Below, piece by piece: positions 25,576-38,197 of a stretch of DNA of 64,000 nucleotides. The first letter of the stretch is position 1; every line of letters starts with the position of its first letter. Both the position numbers and the translations under genes were made by a program. The notes below the pieces were generated by a model. It saw nothing but the letters and a program-made list of their open reading frames with translations, searched no databases and was not told the origin of the DNA. Source of the stretch: Mytilus edulis (lineage: Eukaryota). The stretch is from the NCBI RefSeq assembly GCF_963676685.1, contig NC_092345.1:49166001-49230000 (forward strand). The letters run 5' to 3'.

Positions 25576-25784
25576 GGTGGTAGACCTTGGTTCAGGGAGA
25601 TAACTCTTTAAATCAGTTATGTGTTTGTGAAAGTCACGTTTCATCAATGTATTTTAAGCATTTACCTGAAACAGATTGCAAATAATCTATGTAACCTAGA
25701 AACTTAAAATATATTTATGAAAATGGTTGACACAAACGTACTGATGATTTTAAGAGTTATTTGCCTTAACCTAGGTCTTCCTCT
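25576..25784. mobile_element. Kolobok-like MITE, TTAA TSD
   Basis: TTAA|GGTGGTAGACCTTGGTTCAGGG...CCTTAACCTAGGTCTTCCTCT|TTAA; inverted homologue of 63526-63733. Confidence 0.8.
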
Positions 25785-26140
25785 TTAAATGCATGCATTT
25801 TATTTGTCACAGATTTTTTTTGTACAATATCCAACACATAATTGACAATAGAAAAGGATAAGTGAAATGTCATGAAAACCCATACCACAAATTTGGCTAT
25901 AAAAGGCCAAGACTTAAGAAAAGGGATACCATTCAAATCAGAAACTAACGATCTAATTTTAACAAAACAATTTATGAAAATCGAGAACGATCAATACAAT
26001 TTACATATAAGGGGACTATTCTGATATCTAAGTATCTTAGACCGCAAAAACATGTGCTAGTGATTTAAGACTTATATATTTTGGATCCACAATGCTCTTC
26101 AACTTGGTACTTGTTTGGCTTTATAACTATTTTGATCTGA

Positions 26141-26184
26141 GCGTCACTGATGAATCTTATAAAGACGAAACGCGCGTCTGACGT
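26141..26184 (+). ncRNA. Near-intact type I minimal hammerhead ribozyme
   Basis: Stem I GCGTCA/TGACGT, core CTGATGA, stem II TCTT/AAGA, GAAA, palindromic stem III C-GCGC-G, cleavage triplet GTC ending at 26178. Confidence 0.85.
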
Positions 26185-26227
26185 ATTGAATTATAAGCCT
26201 GGTACCTTTGATAACTAATTATATATT

Positions 26228-26702
26228 TTTATACTTCACGTTAAAATACCATATTTTGATTGGCTAATACGAGGGTGTTAATTTACTCACATGGCTGAGC
26301 GGGTGACAATTTTTGAATGTCACCCTCTCGTCAAGACCAATCATAAATCGACAATTTAAAGGACAATGAATTGAATTTACATCAAGTAATTAATTACAAT
26401 GCTTAAGTTCTACGTTTTGACTCAAATTTTATTTTTTGACTGTCAAAATAAAAAAAATAAAACATCTTGCCTAAATTTTGTTGTTTTTTATAATACTCCT
26501 AACGTAGGTTATGAACATGACCTCATATAAATTACTTTCAAAATAAAATTAATTAGCAAAAGACAATAGTGATAGGACAATCAGTATAATAAATTAAATA
26601 AAACATAGCTGGGAGGGTGATAGAGCAGATTCGCCGCGGTTGACACTGTTTTCTCGGGGTAACAATCTGCTCTATCACCCTCTCAGCTATGTGTTATTTA
26701 TA
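26228..26702. mobile_element. Hairpin-bearing non-autonomous element (Crypton-like)
   Basis: TGATTGGCTAA end motif plus terminal hairpin CATAGCTGGGAGGGTGATAGAGCAGATT / AATCTGCTCTATCACCCTCTCAGCTATG. An inverted copy of the left end lies at 27402-27460. Confidence 0.55.
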
Positions 26703-27725
26703 TAGTGTCGATTTGAGTCCGTGCTCCTCATTAAAAGTGGCAGAAGATACAAAAAGGATATTCAAATCCACGATGGGATAGAGTGTTTTGAACTGTAGAG
26801 AAAAGTTTACATTTGGAAACATTAAGTTTGTCATAGGATCTAGTTAGAAGTCGCCAATCATTGTTATCCTTTAAGAAAGGATTAAAAACATGAAGCAGAC
26901 GTTCTAGTTTCGGTAGTACTTCGCTATAAACTTGGTTGACTTTTAAAAACTGCCTAGAATTCATTTAGAAGGACCAAAGTCTAAATATCTATAATAACCA
27001 CGATACGTATCCACCTGTTTGTCCCTAATCCTATCTCTGATGTGGTTGTTCAAATATTAATACCAACTCTTCTAAGTGAACTTGGTAGTGGTTGCAACCT
27101 TATGGTAGTCAGTATAATTTTTTTATAATTATTTCTTGACTCGTGACGATTTCAAACTAGACATAATGTATGAACCAATGTATATTGTTAATGGCGGTAA
27201 TAACTTTGTTGATATAGTCTACATGAATTAAATGTAAACTTTATCTTATACCAGAAAATTGTAAGAAGGTTACAGATAGTGTAAGTATGAATACAAATCA
27301 CAATATATAAAGTCAAATAAGATATGATTTTTTATACATAACAATTGGTCTACACGAGAGGATGACATACAAAACATGTTCTCCCGCTAAGCAATAGGAC
27401 AGAGTAAATAATCTCACTCGTATTAGCCAACCAAAATCTGGCATTTCAACGTGAAGTATATTAATTATTGTCATCTATTCATGGAAGATAATAATTACTT
27501 GAAATGAACTGAATTATTCAACGCATCAAACCATAAATATGCACAGTTATAAAATCATTGTTTGCTATCATGATGCAAAGTGTTTTTACGCATGTTGTTA
27601 TTCTGATGATATTTTTCCACATCTAAAACACACGCAATGTAGTTATAACGCCATTTTTGTGAACTTTATGATGGTTTGATGAGTATTTGCCTTCTTGCCC
27701 GGTAAATATAAAATAAAAGTCAAAT

Positions 27726-28109
27726 CTACCACACTTTCTTCGGAGAGGACATTGTCCTTGAACTAGATGTAGATTTAGCTGAATTTCTTAAACCACCATT
27801 TCTAGTATAAAACATCCTAGTTTGGTCCTGGTAAAGCTTCATATTTGACCAGGAAAAATATTTAGTACAGTCAATAAAATTAATCCTTCTGTTGAATTCT
27901 AGAGTCTTAAGTTTAGTAGCTGTGGTCGGTTTTGATAATCTTGACAATAAGTTCTTTTCCTTAGGCACGTACGACCGAGGTCTCACAAATGGCGTCATGC
28001 TCTGTGTTGGTGTTTCTATTGCTGTACTTGGACGGGATGGACGTAGTGGTTTAGGTTCTCTCCATGACGGAAATTTCATGCCCATATTATCAGCCGGTGC
28101 AACCGTAGT
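27726..28109 (-). CDS. Uncharacterized small basic protein, exon 2 of 2 (about 172 aa total)
   Basis: Acceptor CTTTTTTCCAG|ACT in frame with exon 1. TTVAPADNMGMKFPSW...LLSRLSKPTTATKLK...PKKVW*. GC content is above the flanks. Confidence 0.72.
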   Translation of the reverse strand, partial: TTVAPADNMGMKFPSWREPKPLRPSRPSTAIETPTQSMTPFVRPRSYVPKEKNLLSRLSKPTTATKLKTLEFNRRINFIDCTKYFSWSNMKLYQDQTRMFYTRNGGLRNSAKSTSSSRTMSSPKKVW

Positions 28110-29152
28110 CTGGAAAAAAGGTATAACAATTAATTAATTGATTCCACCTATTTGAAATTTAGCTATAATAGTTAAGAATTCATCAAATTGTAACTATTAT
28201 AATCTACTGAATGATATGCATAATGTTGTTTTCTATATTTGTATCACCCTGCTACGATCGTCCGCTCGACAGATTAATTGATTAAGACTTAGTATTTTCT
28301 GATTAACCTCCAGTAACAATAACTTCAATTGTTTGGTTCTGGAAAGTGGATCGACAATGAATATAAAGGACGGGAAATTAGACTATAAGTACATGGGAGG
28401 AAAGATCATGTTGAATAGGAGAGTTCAAGACAGTAAAACATGACCATGTTTATGGTGCACGATTTGGACGATTGGAGCTATAGTCATATCATTATAGACG
28501 AAATGTTATTTTTTTGTAACTGGCAGAGGTTTAAATACATGGTGGTCGGTATTTACGTTAAACGAGCGATAACTCTAAATTAAATCATTACAATTATACA
28601 TACTGAATAATGATTACTGGTGTTTCGGTCACTTTAACACCATTGAAGTCAATATCAAGACGGTCAGTTTTTGTTGGAGGAAGAAGTCGGTATTCCCAAC
28701 GAAAATCATAAAACTTTAGTATTAAACCAGAAAAAAACCAGTCACTTTAAATTAAATTAAAGCCTAGCTATGGATTATTTTTTCTCCTATTGTACTAAAC
28801 CTGCGTCTCGTGTCCAAATATAGTGACTTCCCCAACAAAGCTAAATTGCTGTTTGGAAAATAAAAGTAATATGTTCAGGATAAAATGCATATTACGATTG
28901 TTTGCAACATGATCACACATACACATGTAATTGTCATGTTCGTCACAACGGGTTTGTGGAACATTCCACAGAGAGTATCTCGTCGACGACTTGAGATATT
29001 TCCAAAGTGAATTACGCTATCAAATCACATGCATTTGCCTCAGTACTCCTGTAGTCGATTATTAGAAATATTTTGTTTGCTTTCTTTTTTTGTCAAGGTT
29101 TGAAGGTATGGTAAATGTATTTGAAATGAGTTTTAAATAAAAATTTTATAGG

Positions 29153-29700
29153 AAAAAGTAGTATCACAAAAATACTGAACTCCGAGGAAAACTCAAAACG
29201 GAAAGTCCCGAATCAAATGGCAAAATCAAAAGCTCAAACAAATCAAACGAACGGACAACAACTGTAATATTCCTGACTTGGTATAGACATTTTCTTATGT
29301 AGAAAATGGTGGATTAAACCTGGTTTTATAGCTAGGTAAACCTCTCACTTGTATGACAGCCGTGTAAAATTCCATTATATCGACAACAATGAACAAAACA
29401 ATTAGACATAATTGGTAAAAAATGTAAAAAAAAAATAAGGGTGCAGCAGTTAACGTTGTGTTATTATCTTAATCACTTTAAAACAAACAGATATATAATC
29501 CTATATTTACCATGACACAAAAAAAAAACACAAAAAGGACACAGAAAAACGCACATTAGCAAAAACGAAAGACAATTAATAATACAGAAATTATCATAGG
29601 ACATTAACACAATAACGGGGTCATAGGTACAGAGCAAGTTCATATGCTACAAAGAAACACAAAAAGGTATACAGAAAAAGCATATTATAAACATACATTT
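29153..29700 (-). repeat. Dispersed repeat family C (putative PLE 3' fragment)
   Basis: AAAAATACTGAACTCCGAGGAAAA..AAAACGGAAAGTCCC..CCTGACTTGGTA..AAAATGGTGGATTAAACCTGG. Copies at 3700-3780, 4826-5021 and 23055-23197. Confidence 0.7.
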
Positions 29701-31041
29701 TGTTTCAAATAAACTTGTAGTGATTGATAATTTAGTCTTAGATGCATGATTTATTTTCATTAGTTTTAATTGGCTTTGAACGAGCTGTCCGTAACTCGGA
29801 GTACATTTGGATCTGTACAAAGTGTCTTTTTGTTGTTGGGATGTACAAGTACCCGACCACGTCCACTCTGTGTTTTTGTTAAATGTGTTTCTTTTTGTAT
29901 CCATCTGATGAGTAAAGCCTTTTTCAACTGATTTTTATAGTTCGTTCTTAGGTTGCACTGTGACACCATTGTCCTAGCTAAGGGGGTGGGTTGGGATCCC
30001 ACTCAGATGTTAAACTCCGCCACATTCTGTACACCTACTTCAGTGGTTGTTGTTTGTTGCTGTTTTACATATTCGTTTTCGTTCATTTTTTGTACATTAA
30101 TTTGGCCGTTAGTTTTTTTCGTTTGAACTGTTTTACATTTGTCATCTCGGGGCCTTGTATAGCTGACTATTTGGTATGGGTTTTGCTCATTGTTGAAGTC
30201 CTTATGGTGACCTATAGTTGTTAATTTCTGTGTTATTGTTAGAGTGTCATTGTCAATCATACCACATTTTCTTTTTTATAAGTAATTAAATGAGTGTTTA
30301 TCAATGACGATTGATTCAATGATGAGTATGCATACAGTTTTCTAGCCTGGGATCCTAGATCACTGTTTTACAGTAGACTGACTCGCTGATGTTTGACCAA
30401 GACCCCAGGCTAAAAGAAACAGCGCACTCGCTCTGCATTCTTATATTAAAACCAAAATGGTCTAAATATAAAATTCCAAATTTGGACGAGAAATGTATGG
30501 CAAAGTTGTATTATATATTTTTTTTTTTTTAATAAATAAGAGTATTTCCTTAGGTGGATTCAGAGGGGGTCGGAAGTTGTGATCCTCTCTTCTGATTTTC
30601 TTAAAAAATACATTGAAATGACGATAATTTTGAAGAATCCATCTTGAATTAAACACGTCTGATTCTACACCGGATTTATACTATTAAAATATAAGATACA
30701 ACTTGCATTGTAACGCAACAACAGAATGTTGCGAATCCCTATAAAAATCAGAAAATTGAACATTGTATTTCACATACATGTACTTGCTTCCGTCAGATTT
30801 CCTCCAATCTGTTCATCAATTAGACAAACCGTATCAACGATAACAGACTATTATAGTTATTGAAAATTAGGATGTATAATTACTCATTTCCTTTTCATGA
30901 AAAGTAACAAACAAAAGTGTGTACGTTTATCGTTGTAGCTAATGCCCTTCAATTCATAAGAATATTTCCAAATTTCATTGACAGTACCCGATGGTAGCAA
31001 CCTCCATGTCCTAAAATACAATTAAAAATACAAGTACTCAC

Positions 31042-31176
31042 ACGACCGGGTTTATATGGTGATGTTGATTTACGTGTTAAATCCACTGATTTGGTGGACG
31101 TAGTTGTCGATGTACTTCCAGGACTGTAAGTTCTCCAACTCATAGAGAGAGAACTTGCGGACGAACTTGTCGGCAT
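31042..31176 (-). CDS. Uncharacterized small basic Ser/Thr/Pro-rich protein, exon 1 of 2
   Basis: ATG at 31176 (alternative 31143); MPTSSSASSLSMSWRTYSPG...PYKPGR; donor CGT|GTGAGT, phase 0. Confidence 0.65.
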
Positions 31177-32065
31177 TTCGGGGGGGTTGTCACGTGTAAC
31201 CACAAAAAAAAACTCTCCAAATACAATTTCACAAAATATTCATATTTTTGTCAAATTAAAGCTGCACATTAGTTCCACATACATATTCTGGAACGTTATT
31301 AAACAACTGACTCGACAACCAAATAGAATTAAATCTTGAATACATAAAAGCCAATCAGATTATTGGATTATTGGCAGCTTAACACTTATAATTCTTTGGT
31401 GTTAAGACGCCATAGAGTTTAAAATAGGTCATTTTCATATTGTAATTATAACAATACACATTTAATTTATTTAAAGTTGAGATGTAAAAATAATTTGTTC
31501 TATAAGATTCAAGAATAAAAGGGTATAGATATATTAAATTAGTCTCATTTAGTATTTTAAAAACATCATTTCTGTTAGGTAAACAGTAATATTATTGAGA
31601 CTAATTTTTACAAGTGGAACTCCGAGGGCTGGAGAAAACGTTGTGAAACTGTAGACGATGACGTCAATACTATATAAAATAATAATAGCATTAATATTTA
31701 AAAAAAATGTTTACCAATTCACAAAATGCCATTAATCCAGTCGGTAACTTTAAAAATAAACAGACATTAATGCATTTATATCTTATTATTTGAAGTTATA
31801 TAAAGAATTCCTTACAGATAATCCGGCTAAAGAGGAGAGTCACAGTCGATCTCTCTAATTACCAGTTCTCGTCCTTCCTTTTTCCCCATGAACACGTACT
31901 ATGATTTTAAAATGATGTATGTCAGAGGATAAATGACACACCAATTTCAAAAGCATGCTTGACCATCAAATTTTAAAACTAGTAAAGTAATATAAAGGCA
32001 TATAGTATACTACTTTGTAACCAGTGCATTCGAAAATGTTTCAATACTATATATAAAGTATTAAC

Positions 32066-32255
32066 CAGGGTTGTGTTCAATATCGTGGCGGCTATGTACA
32101 CAGGGCTACGTAGATGTATGAACATTGAACGTGTAGCTAGCCTAGATACTACATGGATATTGATAGCAGCTAGGCTAGCTACACGTTCAATTGTCATAAA
32201 TCTACGTAGTACTACGTAGCATTATTTAGCTGCTACGATGTTGAACACAACCCTG
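32066..32255. mobile_element. Fold-back MITE (Harbinger-like)
   Basis: CAGGGTTGTGTTCAA / TTGAACACAACCCTG with internal IR ATTGAACGTGTAGCTAGCCTAG / CTAGGCTAGCTACACGTTCAAT. Confidence 0.8.
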
Positions 32256-35200
32256 TGGTGTCTTATTTTTTTTTCCAAGCTGGCTGTTAGGTTCCTCTAG
32301 TTTCACGTGTTATTTGGTATCATCCTTAGATGGTTGTTTGTTGGTATGAACAATCACACGTTTTAACATTCATCTCTCTTTCACCGTGAAAAGTAAGAAG
32401 ACAAAATGTACATAATAATATAGCACCATAATAGAAGTGGACAGTTGATTCCATATGCCCATACTTTTCTGCCTAAAACTGTTGTGAGTAACACGACGGG
32501 TGCCACTAACCGGATCAGGAACTGCTGTCCTTTTCTGAGCATTTTAGTTAACCTCTAGTTAGTGTCGGGATTCGTCTTATTCAATTCTTTAGTTTTACGT
32601 GAGGTCTTTTTTGTTATTGTTGTTTTATCGTCGTTTTTCCTTTTCACAATAGTGGTTCATTTGGATTGGTGATATATTTATGATTCCTTCTTGTCTGATA
32701 GTATATTTTCTATCTGTCTCTTGGAATTCAGGGGGTGGGGGTTCGAAATATTAGATTCACTTCAACTTACAATTATATTTGAAACTTAAATAAGGGGATT
32801 GATCATCATAGCAAAACCTTCTAAAACTACCATCAAACAGTTTCCATTTAAATCCTTAAAAAATCATATAATCTTCTCTGTATTTACTTGGCCAGTTCAA
32901 ACCTATCTTGCAGAGATGGTATGTAAAATCTCCGTCCTTTTAAAAAAATATTATAAAATCCTTTGGACTGCATTTGGTTTGTGAAAGATCCGACCAAGAA
33001 TAAACATCAATAAACTTCAAAACGTTTATTCCGTTTTGTCTCTTGAAATGTTTTTTAAAAGACATGTCTTACTTAAAACATCATATTGTCTTGGGTATAA
33101 ACTATGAAACACTTTATGACAGAACTTAAGCTAGTCTTACAGTCATGTCTTTTGGTACCTGCTAAAGCAAAAGTATATATGTCTTGTCTATGTGCACCAT
33201 CGTCAAGGTACACCAGAAGAGTTGCATGGTCCATCAGTAAATCTGCAACTTGAAGTACTGATAGAAATTGCTAAAAACATGTCATGTTCTTTATAAACTA
33301 AAACATTTTAATTATCTATCTATATTTATTAACGCATATCAATAAATGAAACAATTGGTCCAGTGCAAATGTGTTCGATCAACAGTTCTTCGGAACATTC
33401 AGTTCCGCCTGTGTCTTTAACTTTGGTAAAAGTAAATACCAGCACCACCAGACGACAAAATACCGGTAAAATTATATTCCAAGAATAAGTTTACAATTGC
33501 ACACCGCATTGTTGCCATCGTTGTCTACAACAGAAATTCAAACATGCAACTTTAAATTTCAAGTTCAAGTTCGACTGACATTCATAATTACAAAATATTG
33601 ATTTCGCTAATCCTCCTCGAAAGACGGTTTAATATTTGTTACTTGTTTAGGTATTTTTTCAGGACAAACATGCTTTCTTTTTCCCGCTCTTTGGTCGGGT
33701 TGTTGTCTTCTTGGCACATTCACCATTTCCATTCTCAATTTTATTTCTTATTTCTTAAAATGTTAATTTAAAAGTTGTTTGTTCATAAAAGCATATAACT
33801 GTTCGTTAAATGTTACATGTAATATATTGTGGGAAATTTGTTTCATTAAATAGAAATAGTTAGAAAATCCGCTTAAATGCTTATCATAGTGCAAATAAGT
33901 ATTGCATTGTAAGGGCTCCCTAATATATATGTCATACTTAAAATGTATACTAGTATTCCTTTATAGCGTGTGTTTAAATGCTCGTCTAATAATTATTATA
34001 TTTCATTCCATTAAATCTATTTTCAATTTTGATAAAAACAAATGCAAGTGTTATGACGTCTTAAAAAAATAAGGTAGCTCTATAAAACAAGATATATACT
34101 AGTATGGTATTCCTGTTAATGTGACAACTATCCATAAAGATCAAATGTCACAACGAACAAAGTAAAGGTAATTGCAAAACCTTCAATAATGAGTAAATTG
34201 TATGCCATAGTGTCGAGTAGTAATGACAAAATGCGAAACAATTCAAACATTTTAAGCAACGGCAAGATTTTTTAAACAACAAACCGTGAAAACAAATATA
34301 ACAGACAGCAATCAAATATCATCGCTGAATGACTACCTTCAACAATAACACCATTAGCTATTATTCGCAGTTTTGGTCCGATTTGATTTTAATGTCATTA
34401 AATGGTGACTTGTCGTCTGCGTCTGCATCTGATGGAGACTTCTTGAAACAGTAACACCAATCTCATCTCTTCTTTTCATTTCCTGCCCATTAGCTCAACT
34501 AGGACCTGGTGTTTGAAATGTAAAGTAAATGCATAAAATTTAACTTACATGACATTTAGACTAAAACTTTTCAATCTAAGATTTGTAAATATATGCTAAA
34601 TTCTATTAAACGAGTATATGCTATGCAATTTAGTGCTCAGGGTAAGCCCCTCGATCTAAATTGCATAGTACTTACCTTGTCATAGACTAACCGATACATA
34701 GAGAGTTGAGAAGGTGAACACAAAGTGTTTTACTGTTATGGTGTAAGTTTTAGATCGTTGATCTACTCTTTTCAATTTATTATAAATTGTTTAGACTACA
34801 AATGTTTAAAGAATGAGTTGGTGTCTTTTCTATTTGTTTGTATTCTGCTCAAAATCCCCAGTTTTATTCTCTCTGAGGCAAACAGATACATACACAGCAA
34901 AAAAAAACCCAAAAAAGTAAAGAATAAATACACACTAACTTTTAAAATACAGAAGAGCATATATATATATAACTTGTTTTTATGGAGTATTGTAGGGATT
35001 AGGTGCTGATGACTTATTTTGATATTCCTTGTTTTTATTCATTTTTAACTTTTTTCCGCTGTATAAGATATTGATATTAAAATGCAGATGTTAAACGAAA
35101 CCACATTTAAGAAAATAATATATAGAAAAATATCTGCATTTGCTGTTACTCTTCTATAAAATTGAAAATGGAAATGGGGAATGTGTCTAAGAAACAACAA

Positions 35201-35336
35201 CCCAACCATGGAGCAGACGACAGCCGAAGATCACAAATGGGTCTTCAATGTGTTTGCTCTTTAGATATTTATTTTTTGTTTTATATTGCACTGTCTGGGT
35301 TTTTTTCATGTTTGTAATTTTTTTATGTGTTCCTAT

Positions 35337-36854
35337 TTAGAAATATGCTGGAAGTATTACGAATGTGTATAACTTACTTGCAGGGATGTATTGACAGCCA
35401 TCCTTGTATCCTTTGTTTCTTGATTGTTTTACTTTTTCTCTTAGTTTTAATAATCTTTCTTTAGACCTCTTAATTTCATTTTCTAACTTCTCTAAATTAC
35501 TTAAAGAATGATCTATCTCACATTCTATTTTGTCAAATTGTCTTTGAATTCGACTGTCTTCTTCGTTGTCATTACATGGGGTTGAAATTTCATATTCATG
35601 ATCGTGAAATTCCTTTATTGGTTTACACAAATTGTTATATATATTGAGAGCATTTTGAGATCCTAGTATTTCTTTTGAATACTCTCCCTTTGTTGCATAA
35701 CATAGTGCTTTCTCTGTGTATTTTATAGCGTTTGAGAAATCATAATCTAAACCGAAATGTCTGGCTTTCGCTGTATAGTATGACCACTTCCAACGAGTTT
35801 CCATTCTCTTCCAACTTTCTTTAGACTCTTTTATTGATCTTAAAAAACCTTTGGCTTTACGTTTGTCTTCTGTTGTAACGGAAACATCTAGATATACACC
35901 GAACATACCTATACCCAAGAGAAGATGTGACAGTTTTAACAGCACCATTCTCTTGAAATCCAAATACACAGTTTCATCAAATTCAATTTCAACAGCAAAA
36001 TGTTCAATTGCTTGGTTAGCAATGTTGTTGAGTTGTTCCTTAAGACCTGGTTCCAAAGTTTCGGCGTATTTCTGACACAGCATATTATACTCAATGTATA
36101 ATACCGTACCCGTTTCCCTACAACCATGTATTAAGTCAAATTTGCTTTTTGCATCATTCACATAGTCTAAAGCGGTATCTAGTTCATCTTTGTTTGTCAT
36201 TAAAACTGCCGAGCCATATCGAACAAGTCTCATCATTTCTGGTAGGTTTTCCTCTGACAAATAAGGTTTCAGATTTTCCATCTTATCGAAAACGTCGGTA
36301 TACATAAGATTTTTATCATATATCACTCTCTTGTACTCACACCATGCATCAAGGGCGAAAAAGTAAAAGTCTGCAGCTTTAAATCTTTTATTACTCAAAC
36401 CTGAATTTTCAACAATTTTCCAGTTTTGTTCTGCTTTGAAAAACTCTTCTTCGAAAGTCAAGTGATCTCCACTGTGACTAAGACGCTTCAGATAATGTCT
36501 ATACACAACTAACTCTTTTCGAAACTTGCTAAAATATTCTGCTTTTCGTTGGACGGAAACTGAGCTCTGTGATGACTGACGAAGTACTTCTGCTAAAAAC
36601 CCGTACCCAGTATTCCTTAACGACTCGTATAAAATTTCCATTGTAATATTATCCATGTCAGCCACTTGGAACATGAACACTCGAGCCCTGTCCCCTCTGA
36701 ATTCGATGCTTCGCAACTTCATACAAGTATTTGCGTTAAAAACACCAATTTCATAAAGAAAGTCCATGACGTAATTTGGATCTAGATTCTCTATAAATAT
36801 TCGGTGCACTTTTCGGAGCAATAATTTGCTTTGTTCGTCCATTTTTAATATCAT
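35337..36854 (-). CDS. CARD (death-fold) domain protein with central TPR-like helical region and C-terminal coiled coil
   Basis: 505-aa ORF. The first ~95 aa follow the CARD pattern (LRKVHRIFIENLDPNYVMDFLYEIGVF...RGDRARVF...LYESLRNTGYGFLAEVL). Helical repeats follow (ALDYVNDAK, AIEHF, AIKYTEKALCYA), then a heptad segment (LSNLEKLENEIKRSKERLLKLREKVK). A possible donor GTAAGT at 35377 could replace the last 13 aa. Confidence 0.85.
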   Translation of the reverse strand: MILKMDEQSKLLLRKVHRIFIENLDPNYVMDFLYEIGVFNANTCMKLRSIEFRGDRARVFMFQVADMDNITMEILYESLRNTGYGFLAEVLRQSSQSSVSVQRKAEYFSKFRKELVVYRHYLKRLSHSGDHLTFEEEFFKAEQNWKIVENSGLSNKRFKAADFYFFALDAWCEYKRVIYDKNLMYTDVFDKMENLKPYLSEENLPEMMRLVRYGSAVLMTNKDELDTALDYVNDAKSKFDLIHGCRETGTVLYIEYNMLCQKYAETLEPGLKEQLNNIANQAIEHFAVEIEFDETVYLDFKRMVLLKLSHLLLGIGMFGVYLDVSVTTEDKRKAKGFLRSIKESKESWKRMETRWKWSYYTAKARHFGLDYDFSNAIKYTEKALCYATKGEYSKEILGSQNALNIYNNLCKPIKEFHDHEYEISTPCNDNEEDSRIQRQFDKIECEIDHSLSNLEKLENEIKRSKERLLKLREKVKQSRNKGYKDGCQYIPASKLYTFVILPAYF

Positions 36855-37908
36855 TTTATTATACGGAAGTGTTAGAAGGTTTACATGGGTTTTACATGTG
36901 TTCCTAAAAAAAGTCCCTGACGCAATTTAGGTCTTCTAAAATTATACTATTCTTATTATATGCATTTTTTCCCTAGTACAATGTAATATCTTATTATATT
37001 GTCCATTTAATTATATAATCATAAATCTGTTAAATGCTTTTATTATGATTTATGAACCAAAACATTCGCTGCATATTTGATATGAATACATGTACATCTG
37101 AAACCAAATACTATAATACTTAATTGTATTACTCTACATTTAATATGATCGGTAAAATAAAAAAATAAACAAGGCTTTCAACCCAATAGTATATAGTGTG
37201 TGTCTGCTATATATATTATATCCTTTTTGAAGGGAGTAAGTTAATGTAACTTGATGCTCTAAAAACTATATAAAAGTGTGATTTCTAGTCTATGTCTCTT
37301 GCAACTGTAAAATTTGTAAACAATTGCGTCTTACTTCTGAAATAGTTTATAAAGAGCTCCATATACGTATTTTTTTTTCAAATAATATATCAAAAAAACT
37401 TTTTTATATTCCTTTGAATATTTAAATTGGTTAAAAAAAGGAAACCCTGTCCCCCTCAATTTCCACCTCTGAGAGTTATAAAACATGCCTTATTTTTCAG
37501 TAAAGAAGAAAATGCGGTTCAAAAATGAAGTCCATTAAATTCCATACAATATGTTGTAAAACGTTTGTGATGTTTGGGTCATTTCTCCCTTTAGTGCCTC
37601 GAAAACGTTACATTTACAATGAATCTACTCGAAAAAAATACAAACATGGACTGTCATATGGAATTCCAAGCAAAAGAAATGCATGAAAATAGGACTAAAA
37701 GGGTTCAAAAAGTATATCGTTACGATGGACCAAGATAAAGTCCCTTTTAGCTTAGCTATATCATATTTGGATAACACAGACCGAATGGGAAACAAAACCT
37801 AAAAAATGATGTATGTACAAAAAAAAACTTGCCGTTCTAAATCAATACCAACTATCGCTTATTAAAAAGGACACTATAAGAATCGGTTTAATTGAACTAT
37901 TATCATAT

Positions 37909-38197
37909 ATAAAATTGAGAATAAAAATGGGGAATGTGTCAAATAGACAAAAACCCAACCAACGAGCAGATAACAGCCGAAGGCCACCAAATGGGTCTTC
38001 AATACAGCAAGAAAATCCCGCACCCGGAGGCGTGCTTCAGCTGGCCCCTTAACAAATTGTATATTTGTTCATTGATAATGAATGTCAGACTAAACTCAGA
38101 AATATATAAAAGAAACTAAAATTAAAAATCATACAAGACTAACAAAGGCCAGAACCTCCGGACCGGCGCAAACATGCTGCGCGGTTAAACATGTTTT
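37909..38197 (-). repeat. Dispersed repeat family B copy
   Basis: Colinear with 18800-19092. Confidence 0.75.

Noticed and set aside
29900-29945. CTGATGAG motif as a hammerhead (also 44439)
   Set aside because: No stem II followed by GAAA and no stem III/NUH; part of a repeat 3' UTR.
34672-34735. Possible downstream exon of the CARD gene
   Set aside because: AG and GTAAG boundaries exist, but the in-phase frame stops within the exon and there is no other support.
37813-38119. ORFs MGNVSNRQKP... / MRMEMGNVSKRQQP... (also 58535-58738)
   Set aside because: Translations of dispersed repeat family B, a typical source of spurious gene models.
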